DNA from: an uncultured Candidatus Saccharibacteria bacterium
GTDB taxonomy: Bacteria > Patescibacteriota > Minisyncoccia > Phycocordibacterales > UBA12088
Direction of reading: 5' to 3'
NCBI GenBank assembly: GCA_964531785.1
Contig: CAZHFF010000001.1
Span: 165,997-229,996 of the forward strand
DNA length: 64,000 bases
How positions within the stretch are numbered: position 1 is the first letter of the stretch; each line of letters opens with the position of its first letter. A program made the translations under genes and the position numbers. This document shows positions 43,652 to 52,276 of this stretch, piece after piece. The notes under the pieces were generated by a model that made no database searches, had not been told where the DNA came from, and saw nothing but the letters and a program-made list of their open reading frames with translations.

Positions 43652-44511
43652 AGGCCTACGGCAGAACGAGAACCCGGATCGCCGTGTGAGGGCGACAGCA
43701 AGGGGTGCTGCGCACCCGCCTTACAGGCGCAGTACACCTTGTGGACCTTTTTGTTCGCCCTTCGGGACTTCAAAAAACGTCTCACAAGGTCTTGAAGAGC
43801 GGGTCCCTACCCACTCTTCAACCTCTCACGGCGGGGCTGTGTGGGCGCGCCGTGCCGCCCCTGTAGCCGCCGCAGGCGGCCTTACTTACGATATTGTTTC
43901 TATTGGTGATGTAATTGCACACCTCGCTCGAACACACCTCATCGCGGAGCGATGAACATACCATGGTATGTTCACAGATCCGCTCCCGTACAACGCACCT
44001 GTCCTCCCGTAGCCTTGGCGAGGAGGGCGCCTCCACGCCTCCGCATCCGCTCCGGCGTCCCGCAAAACAGAAATGTTCTTTACATCATTTTTTGCTGCCC
44101 CCACTTCTTACAGAAGCTGTCCACTCATTGGGTCTTTGAGTCGCTCGTTCCTCGCTCACAAATCTCTCAATGAGTCTTGCGAAGCTTCAAGTATGCGCTT
44201 CTCACCCCGCCGCCGCGCGGCGAATATCTACAAGGAAAAGAACATTTCTGTTTTGCTCGTCCGCGCTTGGGGCGATCTTCAAGCTTGCGCTCTATGAGTA
44301 TGCCGAAACCGGCAAGGTGCCCTCAGGCTTCTCGCCAGAGCTCGTACAAAACGTCCGTTCAAGATCGAGGTCGACAACAATTACAACGTCACCATAACCA
44401 TCTAACCAAGAGGGAAGGAGAAAAAACGAGCCGGTGCGCGTATACGTGCAGGCTCTGGTACCTTGCACAGCAGGCAGTAGAGCAAAAGGCCCGAGTCTTG
44501 CGACCCGGGCC

Positions 44512-44811
44512 TCATCGTTTCCAACCTTTCTTTATGATCTTGCGCCACATATACCGGAGCACCACCACAACAAGAGCCAGCGTGACCAGTTCTGAAACAA
44601 ATGGTCGCATGTGTTGGACCAAGGGCTCCACGTGCCCGGTGTGGTTGAGCAGTGCGAGTGCGCCGATGCCCACTACCCAAGGCGCGTACCGGCGTACCGT
44701 GCGGTCAATGGCTCTGCCCGATCGACGACCGGCTTCGAACAGCGTCGCGTCGATAAGCCAGAGCGGGAAGCGTACAAAGAGCACGTTGAGCAGGAGCAGG
44801 AGTAGTTGCAC
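44512..44811 (-). CDS. hypothetical small membrane protein
   Basis: 99 aa with 2-3 TM segments. Followed on the minus strand by the hairpin GGCCCG..CGGGCC plus TTTT (44484-44511). Confidence 0.5.
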   Translation of the reverse strand: MQLLLLLLNVLFVRFPLWLIDATLFEAGRRSGRAIDRTVRRYAPWVVGIGALALLNHTGHVEPLVQHMRPFVSELVTLALVVVVLRYMWRKIIKKGWKR

Positions 44812-44820
44812 TGCTGTCTC

Positions 44821-45132
44821 CTAGCTGTGCTCAAACCAAGCGCCCGAGAAGCTCACGGGCATCTCTTCGTCAGTACCCGTCCACCGGGTGAGAGGGGTAT
44901 TGCCGCGGCGGACACGTACGTATTGAGTATGTCCGACGTCGCAGAGCCGGTACTCAGGTACGGGAGAAACGCTGTCGACAATGAAAGGACCCGACCCGTG
45001 TTCACGGACCATGCGTTCGATATCGCTCTTGAGTCCGGGTCCTCGACCGCCCGGTCCTTTGTACCAGGTGACGATGTCACCCGGCTTGAATGTGGACTCG
45101 TGTACGAGCCTCGGATCTCTTGAGGTCGGCAT
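44821..45132 (-). CDS. hypothetical protein
   Basis: 103-aa ORF with GAGGAG before the ATG and a consensus promoter upstream. No family recognised. Confidence 0.5.
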   Translation of the reverse strand: MPTSRDPRLVHESTFKPGDIVTWYKGPGGRGPGLKSDIERMVREHGSGPFIVDSVSPVPEYRLCDVGHTQYVRVRRGNTPLTRWTGTDEEMPVSFSGAWFEHS

Positions 45133-45166
45133 CTGCGCGACTCCTCATCTGCTAAACCTAGCGTTT

Positions 45167-45195
45167 ATTATAACACTTCTATACTTCACAGTCAA
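45167..45195 (-). promoter_or_regulatory. near-consensus sigma70 promoter TTGACT-17-TATAAT
   Basis: On the minus strand the -35 is at 45195-45190 and the -10 at 45172-45167. It drives the 44821..45132 gene. Confidence 0.6.
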
Positions 45196-45262
45196 TGTCA
45201 GAGAGCAGTGAGCAGTGGCAAGTGGTTAGTGAATGGCAAGGCTATAGGTGAAAGGTTGGAGG
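45196..45262 (-). repeat. pyrimidine-rich CACTAACC element, copy A (inverted relative to B and C)
   Basis: Minus strand reads AACCTTTCACC..TTCACTAACCACTTGCCACTGCTCACT. It shares AACCTTTCACC with copy B and TCACTAACCACT with copy C. Confidence 0.6.
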
Positions 45263-45359
45263 GAAGCATATGTATGGGGGAATGGTATGGGAATGAGTGA
45301 AGAAACAGGTATGAGGGTCCGCCAGCTGGCGGAGGTATGGGAATGGGGAAGTCGTAGTG

Positions 45360-45902
45360 TTACTGCACGCTATCAAGTGCTGCCTGGAGCAACGCCTTGT
45401 TGTACGCGTGTCCTCGATTTTCCTCATCAAGCTCTTCCTGTGTCCAAATCGCTTTGGATACTGCCAACCTATTGTTTCTGACCATTTGGTCTATCAGTCG
45501 AATAGCTTCCTGAATATCTTGTTCTGTCGCTTCGTCCGTATCTAGTTTTTGAAATACGTGGCCAAACGCGATCATGTCATCTGCAATCTTAGTGAGCTGT
45601 CTTTTTCCCATTGCACAGGTAAGTATCTCAGACTGCCACTCGTATTCATTTTTTTCGCAATCAATATTTTGTACCTCCGTGCGCATCGCGGTGCCATCGG
45701 TAATAAACGAGGTCCCTATTACGGTGAACGTATCCAACTCGTCTTCTGGTATCGTATTGATATATTGCTCCGCCTGTTCTTGGGTCATTCCTGTTTCATC
45801 GGCAAAGTTCTTAACCACATCTTCTTGATTGAAAGTGTATGCGGTGCCGCCGATCACGAGCGTAATGATCGTACCTGCGATCCATCCTTTTACATTGTCC
45901 AT
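45360..45902 (-). CDS. hypothetical membrane-anchored protein
   Basis: 180 aa, AT-richer codon usage, N-terminal TM segment (WIAGTIITLVIGG). No family recognised. Confidence 0.55.
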   Translation of the reverse strand: MDNVKGWIAGTIITLVIGGTAYTFNQEDVVKNFADETGMTQEQAEQYINTIPEDELDTFTVIGTSFITDGTAMRTEVQNIDCEKNEYEWQSEILTCAMGKRQLTKIADDMIAFGHVFQKLDTDEATEQDIQEAIRLIDQMVRNNRLAVSKAIWTQEELDEENRGHAYNKALLQAALDSVQ

Positions 45903-46064
45903 GGCTGTCGTTCTGTTAAAGCTGCCTGTTAAATATGGTACACCTTATGCTCTAATGAGCGGCTGTCAACTGGACTGGCAACATATCCCTGTGCTGTACG
46001 ACGTTTGCACGGGCCCTCAGTTTAGCTCGCGTATACCTCCGTTTTGGGCTATAGTTGGGGCATT

Positions 46065-48428
46065 ATGGCAACAGAAGCAGACATACGAGCCACCAAAATA
46101 GACCCTACTTTAGTGGTGGCTGGCTGGGACGAAACACGCATCCGCCGAGAGGTGGCGTATACAGCGGGTCGTATCATCGTGCGTGGCAAGACCATTTCAC
46201 GCGGCGAAAAGAAGCGCGTGGACTATATCTTGTACTACAAGCCGCACCTACCTATTGCGGTCATTGAAGCAAAGGATGACACACACACTGTCCGAGACGG
46301 CATAGAGCAGGGCATACGCTACGCGGAGGCGCTTGATGTCCCGTTTGTGTACAGCTCCAACGGCCAAGGCTTCACCGAGCATGACCGATTGGAGCAGACA
46401 GGACCAAAGGAGCGTCAGCTGCTGCTTGAGCAATTCCCGTCGCCAGACGAATTGTATGCGCGGTACCTAAAGCATAAAGGCTACACACCCGAAGTGGAGG
46501 AAGCGGTGCTCACCGACTACTACCAAGACCTCAAGGCCCACGAGCCCCGATACTACCAGCGTGTCGCGGTGAACAGGGTAGTGGAAGCGGTGGCAAAAGC
46601 TCAAAAGCGCGTCGTCCTCGTTATGGCGACCGGCACCGGTAAAACCTACACCGCGTTTCAAATCATCTACCGCCTCTGGAAAGCCAAGAAAAAACGCCGC
46701 ATCCTTTTCCTTGTAGACCGCACCTCGCTTGCCGATCAGACGAAAAAAGGCGACTTCCGTCACTTCGGTGACAAGCTCACCCGCATAGAAAAACGTACCG
46801 CAGACCCGGCGTATGAGATATATATTGCTCTTTACCAGGGCATTACCGGCCAAGACGAAGAAAGCAAACTCTTCAAACAATTTTCTCCGGACTTTTTCGA
46901 CCTCGTGGTCATAGACGAGTGCCATCGTGGCAGTGCGAAAGCAAACGCCGCGTGGCGGGAAGTGCTCGACTACTTTGCATCCGCCACACAGATAGGTCTC
47001 ACTGCGACGCCTAAGGAAACCAAAGACATCAGCACCGAGGAGTACTTTGGCAAGCCCGTCTACACCTACTCGCTCAAGCAGGGCATAGACGACGGCTTTC
47101 TTGCCCCGTACAAAGTCATCCGCTACGTACTCGACAAAGACATAGAGTGGCGCCCCAACGAGCTCGTGCGCGACCAGCACGGCAATCCTATAGAAGACCG
47201 CGTATATAACGTGTCCGACTACGACCGCACGCTTGTCATTAAAGAGCGCACCAAACTCGTCGCGCAAAAGATCACCGAGTTTATGCGCGACACGGACCCT
47301 ATGCAGAAAGCCATCGTGTTCTGTGTGGACATAGACCACGCAGCTCGTATGCGCGAGGAACTCGTAAACGCAAACCCTGAGCTTGCCACTATAAACAGCC
47401 GCTACGTGGTACGCATTACAGGTGACAACGAAGAAGGGAAACGCGAGATAGACAACTTCATCAACCCCGAGTCTCCGTACCCCGTTATTGCGACAACCTC
47501 CAAACTTCTCACGACAGGCGTAGACGCGCAGACCTGCAAGCTCGTCGTGCTTGATGCACCCATAAACTCAATGACCGAGTTCAAGCAGATCATCGGCCGT
47601 GGCACCCGCGTCAATGAGGCATACGGCAAGTATTACTTTACGATCATGGACTTCCGCGGCGTCACGCGCCTCTTTGCAGACCCCGACTTTGACGGCGATC
47701 CGGTAAAAGTGTACGAGCCCGGCGCGGACGGTACAGAGAGTATCAAAGCGCATATAGAGGAAGAGACCGTGTCGGCCGCAGAGGTGCAAGCAGAAAACCC
47801 GCAAGAGCAAATACTCTTAGATCCATTAGAAGACGAAGAAAAGAAGCACGAAAAGATAGTGGTGAGCGAAGGCGTAAGCTTCAACGTGGCCACACGCACG
47901 GTGCAGTACATAGACCCCACGACGGGCAAGCTTATTGCCGAGTCACTCACCGACTACTCCAAAAAGCGCATCACCGCCACGCACCCCTCGCTCGACGACT
48001 TTCTTACCGCGTGGGACAAGGCCGAGCAAAAGAGCGCGATACTGGAAGAGCTCGAAACGCAGGGTGTCGTGCTCGAGGAGCTCAAAAAAGAAGCGGGACT
48101 CGACCTCGACGAGTTTGATCTCATCCTCCACGTAGCGTACGGCAGGAAGCCGCTCACGCGACGCGAGCGCACACAGGCGGCGAGCACAGGCGACCTTTTT
48201 GCGCGGTACGAAGGCAAAGCACGCGCGGTGTTAGAAGCGCTTCTCGAAAAATACGCAACAGAGGGCAGCACCGCGATAGACGACATTGGCGACCTCGAAG
48301 TGTCACCTTTCACGGAGTTCGGGACGCCCTACGAGATAGTGCACGACATTTTCGGCGGGCGAGAGGCCTACCTTGCCGCTGTGCGCGAGCTCCAGCAAAA
48401 GCTCTACAGTGTGACCAACAGCAATTGA
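46065..48428 (+). CDS. hsdR: type I restriction enzyme, R subunit
   Basis: N-terminal nuclease region (EAKD), helicase motifs MATGTGKT and VIDECHRGS, and a later TTSKLLTTGVDA, QIIGRGTR. Confidence 0.93.
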   Translation: MATEADIRATKIDPTLVVAGWDETRIRREVAYTAGRIIVRGKTISRGEKKRVDYILYYKPHLPIAVIEAKDDTHTVRDGIEQGIRYAEALDVPFVYSSNGQGFTEHDRLEQTGPKERQLLLEQFPSPDELYARYLKHKGYTPEVEEAVLTDYYQDLKAHEPRYYQRVAVNRVVEAVAKAQKRVVLVMATGTGKTYTAFQIIYRLWKAKKKRRILFLVDRTSLADQTKKGDFRHFGDKLTRIEKRTADPAYEIYIALYQGITGQDEESKLFKQFSPDFFDLVVIDECHRGSAKANAAWREVLDYFASATQIGLTATPKETKDISTEEYFGKPVYTYSLKQGIDDGFLAPYKVIRYVLDKDIEWRPNELVRDQHGNPIEDRVYNVSDYDRTLVIKERTKLVAQKITEFMRDTDPMQKAIVFCVDIDHAARMREELVNANPELATINSRYVVRITGDNEEGKREIDNFINPESPYPVIATTSKLLTTGVDAQTCKLVVLDAPINSMTEFKQIIGRGTRVNEAYGKYYFTIMDFRGVTRLFADPDFDGDPVKVYEPGADGTESIKAHIEEETVSAAEVQAENPQEQILLDPLEDEEKKHEKIVVSEGVSFNVATRTVQYIDPTTGKLIAESLTDYSKKRITATHPSLDDFLTAWDKAEQKSAILEELETQGVVLEELKKEAGLDLDEFDLILHVAYGRKPLTRRERTQAASTGDLFARYEGKARAVLEALLEKYATEGSTAIDDIGDLEVSPFTEFGTPYEIVHDIFGGREAYLAAVRELQQKLYSVTNSN

Positions 48429-48444
48429 CAGATTTGGTACAATT

Positions 48445-48480
48445 GGTTAATTTATATTAACCGGTATAAGATTGGTTAAT
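48445..48480 (+). promoter_or_regulatory. GGTTAAT repeats (inverted pair plus third direct copy), candidate operator of HTH-Doc module
   Basis: GGTTAAT 48445-48451, ATTAACC 48456-48462, and GGTTAAT 48474-48480 abutting ATG 48481. Confidence 0.5.
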
Positions 48481-48747
48481 ATGAAAAACAACGAAAACAA
48501 TAACTATATTAGCACCACAGAACTCGCCCACATCTTGGGGGTTAGTCATGTGGCCGTGTACAAGAAGATCAAAAAAGGGCAGATTCGTGCCGAGAAAATA
48601 GGAAGGAACTACGCTATCCGTAAAAGTGACCTTCCGCACATACTTGAACAGGTGGTAGATCCACAACAAAAGGAGGAGATAGAAAAAGTGGTAAAGAAAG
48701 TGGTTAAAGAGTATGGAGACACTCTGCGGCTTCTTGGTAAAGAGTAA
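48481..48747 (+). CDS. helix-turn-helix (excisionase/MerR-like HTH_17) DNA-binding protein, putative antitoxin
   Basis: ISTTELAHILGVSHVAVYKKIKKGQIRAEKIG. Sits 10 nt upstream of the Doc-family gene. The ORF-track start at 48472 is a TTG. Confidence 0.7.
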   Translation: MKNNENNNYISTTELAHILGVSHVAVYKKIKKGQIRAEKIGRNYAIRKSDLPHILEQVVDPQQKEEIEKVVKKVVKEYGDTLRLLGKE

Positions 48748-48756
48748 TTTGCTATC

Positions 48757-49188
48757 ATGGCCCGCACCAAAGCGATCTCGGTGGCTGATGTAGAGTACGT
48801 TGCACATCGTCTTGCGCAAGAAATGATGGATTGGAGTGAACCAATTCCGGAATTCGGCACACGCTTTCCAACTGTGCTTGAGAGGTGTGTGTCAATGCCG
48901 TTTCAGCAATATGCGAGCAAACAACTCTACCCGGGACTACTCAGAAAGGCGGCGACGCTTTTTTACCTTATGATCAAGAACCACCCCTTTCAAAATGGAA
49001 ACAAACGCATTGCGATGACAACTGCTTTGTACTTTCTCTATGTAAACGGTAAGTGGCTCCGCGTGGACAACCAAGAGCTATATAATTTTGCAAAATGGGT
49101 GGCAGAGAGCAATCCAAAACTCAAGGATGAGACGGTAGCTGCGATAGAAACATTTTTTAAAAGTTACCTCGTGCCCCTAGAAGCATAA
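48757..49188 (+). CDS. Fic/Doc family protein (death-on-curing toxin-like)
   Basis: Fic core motif HPFQNGNKRIAMT. Confidence 0.85.
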   Translation: MARTKAISVADVEYVAHRLAQEMMDWSEPIPEFGTRFPTVLERCVSMPFQQYASKQLYPGLLRKAATLFYLMIKNHPFQNGNKRIAMTTALYFLYVNGKWLRVDNQELYNFAKWVAESNPKLKDETVAAIETFFKSYLVPLEA

Positions 49189-49189
49189 C

Positions 49190-50638
49190 ATGTCCATAGA
49201 CACCACCATCAAGCGCGTGCAGAACATCATGCGGAAGGACCAGGGCCTTGCGGGCGACGGTCAAAGGATAGAGCAGTTTGCGTGGATGCTTTTCTTGAAG
49301 CTCTTTGACGACCAAGAACGCTACTACGAACTACGCGACCAGAAGTACCGCTCACCCATTCCCGAGCATTTGCGCTGGCGTGCTTGGGCGGGGAACAGTG
49401 AGGGCGTCACAGGCGACGGGCTTTTGGAGTTTGTAAACCGGGAGCTTTTCCCCGGCCTCAAGGCGCTCTCGGCTTCAAGCGACGACAGGCGCACGCTCAT
49501 CATCCGCGCCGCGTTTGAAGATGCGTTCAACTACATGAAGTCGGGCACGCTCATACGACAAGTGGTAAACGAGATAAACGGCATCGACTTCAACAAAGCC
49601 GCTGACCGCCATATGCTCGGCGACATGTACGAGCGCATCCTGAAGGATCTGCAGGGCGCGGGAAGCTACGGCGAGTTCTATACGCCGCGCCCGCTCACCA
49701 AGTTTGTGGTGGAAATGGTAGACCCCAAACTCGGCGAAAAGGTCCTCGACCCGGCGTGCGGTACGGGCGGCTTTCTCGTAAACGCGATAGAGCACATGCG
49801 CGCGAAGTACGTGAAGAGCGCCGCAGACGAAAAGAAGATACGCAGTGCGATACACGGCGTGGAGCTCAAGTCGCTCCCGCACCTTCTCTCGCTCATCAAC
49901 ATGTTGATGCACGGCATAGAAGTGCCCGACAATATCCTGCACGACGACATGCTTGCGCGACCTTTGACCGACTATGGGCCCAAAGACCGCGTAGATGTCA
50001 TTGTAGCTAACCCGCCGTTTGGTGCTTCTGTCAAAGACGGCACGGAGAAGAATTTTCCCACGCAGTTTCGCACAAAAGACACGGCGCTTTTGTTCCTCAC
50101 GCTTTTCATACACCTCTTGAAGCCCCAGGGTAGGGCGGGTGTCGTACTCCCCGACGGCGTACTTTTCGGCGAAGGTGTCGCCAGCAAGATTAAGCAGCAC
50201 TTGCTTGAGACGTGCAATGTACACACTATCGTGCGCTTGCCGCAGGGTGTCTTCAATCCGTACGCGGGGGTAAACACCAACCTCGTCTTTTTCAACAAAG
50301 GCGAACCCACCAAGGAGGTGTGGTACTACCAGATACCACTCCCCGAGGGCATGAAGCAGTACACAAAAAACAGGGGCATTACTGACGCCGAGTTTGACGA
50401 CGTGCGGAAGTGGTGGGGGAAGCGTAAAGAGGGGCCAAACGCGTGGAAAGTGCCCATGGCAGACATCGTAGCGCGGAATTTCAATCTGGACTTTAAGAAT
50501 CCGAAAGGCGGATCAACGGCGGAGCACAAAGCGCCGAAGGATCTGATTGCGGATATTGAGGGTGTGGAAAAGCAGATAGCGAAACTGTTGGGGGAGATTA
50601 AGAAGGACTTAAACAAAGCAAAACCTCGTGCGTTATGA
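49190..50638 (+). CDS. hsdM: type I restriction-modification system, M subunit (N6-adenine methyltransferase)
   Basis: HsdM N-terminal domain, DPACGTGGFL (motif I) and NPPFG (motif IV). Confidence 0.93.
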   Translation: MSIDTTIKRVQNIMRKDQGLAGDGQRIEQFAWMLFLKLFDDQERYYELRDQKYRSPIPEHLRWRAWAGNSEGVTGDGLLEFVNRELFPGLKALSASSDDRRTLIIRAAFEDAFNYMKSGTLIRQVVNEINGIDFNKAADRHMLGDMYERILKDLQGAGSYGEFYTPRPLTKFVVEMVDPKLGEKVLDPACGTGGFLVNAIEHMRAKYVKSAADEKKIRSAIHGVELKSLPHLLSLINMLMHGIEVPDNILHDDMLARPLTDYGPKDRVDVIVANPPFGASVKDGTEKNFPTQFRTKDTALLFLTLFIHLLKPQGRAGVVLPDGVLFGEGVASKIKQHLLETCNVHTIVRLPQGVFNPYAGVNTNLVFFNKGEPTKEVWYYQIPLPEGMKQYTKNRGITDAEFDDVRKWWGKRKEGPNAWKVPMADIVARNFNLDFKNPKGGSTAEHKAPKDLIADIEGVEKQIAKLLGEIKKDLNKAKPRAL

Positions 50639-50708
50639 AGAGCAACCGTCCGGAAGCCCACGCACGAGGTATTACTTGCTTATTTTAAGTATAGCACAGT
50701 AACAAATC

Positions 50709-51503
50709 ATGAGAACAATCCATATATATTCTGACGAAAGCCGTCACAAAGGGGAACGTTTTTTGTTGCTTGGTGCGCTATGGTTGCCAGAAGAAAACGT
50801 ACCTGTACTCAATGAGCGTATGTCGGCAATACGTAAGAAGTATGGATATGATAAAGATGGCATACGGACTGATTTTCGCGGAGAAATTAAATGGCAGAAA
50901 GTTTCTACCAAATACTTTCCTGTGTACCATGAAATCGTTGACCTGTTCTTTGATCTGATAGATGAGCATGCCATCCGATTCTGCTGCATGTTGGTTGATA
51001 CACAAGACGATTCGGTAAGAAGCTACAATAACATCAAATCCGAAGGACTGTATAAATTGCTATACCAGTTGTATTTCCACAACTGCCGAGTGCCAGGGTT
51101 TTACAAGATTTATCCAGATCGAATTACCAATGCCAGATCTGACGTGAATCTCGAGATACTGAAGCGTGCCCTCGACGCTGGGCTGCGGCGCAAGTTTGAA
51201 AGCAAGGTACCTCCGCAGAACGCTCCGGCTCGATATGTGCTAGAGATTACACCTCAAGAGTCACATAAACATGAGGCAATCCAGATGGTCGATTTGATAA
51301 TGGGGGCGCTGGGCTATTTTCAGAACAGACATTTCACAAACGAGGGAGCCAAGTTGGCAAAAGTCAAACTGATGAAGCGCGTCTTTGATAGATTAGTATT
51401 CAGCGGCACGTTCAAGATTGAAGGTAAGCACTTCATGGTGGTTCGGTCAACTCGTCTAAACATTTGGCTGTTCCGTCCCAGAAACAAAAACAACCCTCAT
51501 TGA
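50709..51503 (+). CDS. DUF3800-like protein
   Basis: N-terminal IHIYSDESRH (DESG-like) and C-terminal IQMVDLIMGALGY resemble DUF3800. Assigned from memory of the family pattern only. Confidence 0.55.
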   Translation: MRTIHIYSDESRHKGERFLLLGALWLPEENVPVLNERMSAIRKKYGYDKDGIRTDFRGEIKWQKVSTKYFPVYHEIVDLFFDLIDEHAIRFCCMLVDTQDDSVRSYNNIKSEGLYKLLYQLYFHNCRVPGFYKIYPDRITNARSDVNLEILKRALDAGLRRKFESKVPPQNAPARYVLEITPQESHKHEAIQMVDLIMGALGYFQNRHFTNEGAKLAKVKLMKRVFDRLVFSGTFKIEGKHFMVVRSTRLNIWLFRPRNKNNPH

Positions 51504-51685
51504 GGGCGGTTTTTGTGGAGTCCTGGGCCCTGGGTCAATGCCCCGTGTGACGTTAGTCACAGGATACGCGACCCAGTAACTCCATAGTCATCATACGTCA
51601 AATGTACCACTAGTCAAGCAAGTTTTCCTCAGTAAAAAGGAATGAATCACAACCAACTAAATGCATAGTAACCATAGACACGCTT

Positions 51686-52276
51686 GTGATTGAGAAAGAC
51701 AAACAAATTCTTAAGGACTCAAGCCTTGCCGTTGCGGACGGCATTGTGGCGCTCGTGCCTCCCCTTGCCGTTGCGTGGAACTTGAGTAAGGCACTCTACG
51801 GGGCGGGACTGAAACTAAGACAACAGAGAGCACTTGAATGGGTCGAAATGGTGCGCGACAATCCGAGCTTGTTCACCAAGGAGCTTCTTGAGCAAGAGGA
51901 TTTTCAGGATGCGTTTGTATATGCCTTGGAAAAATACTTACTCATAAGAAGTGAGGATAAGCGCGTGTACATGCGTAGTGTATTCTTAGGTTTCTGCATG
52001 AGTGAAAATAGAAAGCAGTTCGATCTGGAGCGGTACATTCATACACTTGAGCAGTTGAACGATGGTGACGACATGTATGCGCTTGCGCGCGTCGATACAC
52101 GTACCCAAACAAGTTATCAGCTGTTCGATGATGCACAATGCCTGCAGTCTGTGTACCACCTCATTAGCCTTGGCATTATATACGCGGATCCAAATGCTAA
52201 ATGGGGCCCGATACATTCACCTTATGTCTATACTTCTGATTTCGGAGTGCGGTTTGTTAAATATCTTGCAAGATGA
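51686..52276 (+). CDS. hypothetical protein, GTG start, translationally coupled to hsdS
   Basis: 196-aa ORF. Its stop overlaps the hsdS ATG (ATGA at 52273-52276). No family recognised. Confidence 0.55.
   Translation: MIEKDKQILKDSSLAVADGIVALVPPLAVAWNLSKALYGAGLKLRQQRALEWVEMVRDNPSLFTKELLEQEDFQDAFVYALEKYLLIRSEDKRVYMRSVFLGFCMSENRKQFDLERYIHTLEQLNDGDDMYALARVDTRTQTSYQLFDDAQCLQSVYHLISLGIIYADPNAKWGPIHSPYVYTSDFGVRFVKYLAR

Noticed and set aside
44170-44397. 75-aa ORF with GAIFKLALYEYAETGKVP segment as a real phage-like gene
   Set aside because: Only a short stretch looks protein-like. The N-terminal two thirds are Ser/Arg/Cys-rich, and there is no RBS or host-type promoter. It is kept only as a hint of degraded mobile DNA.
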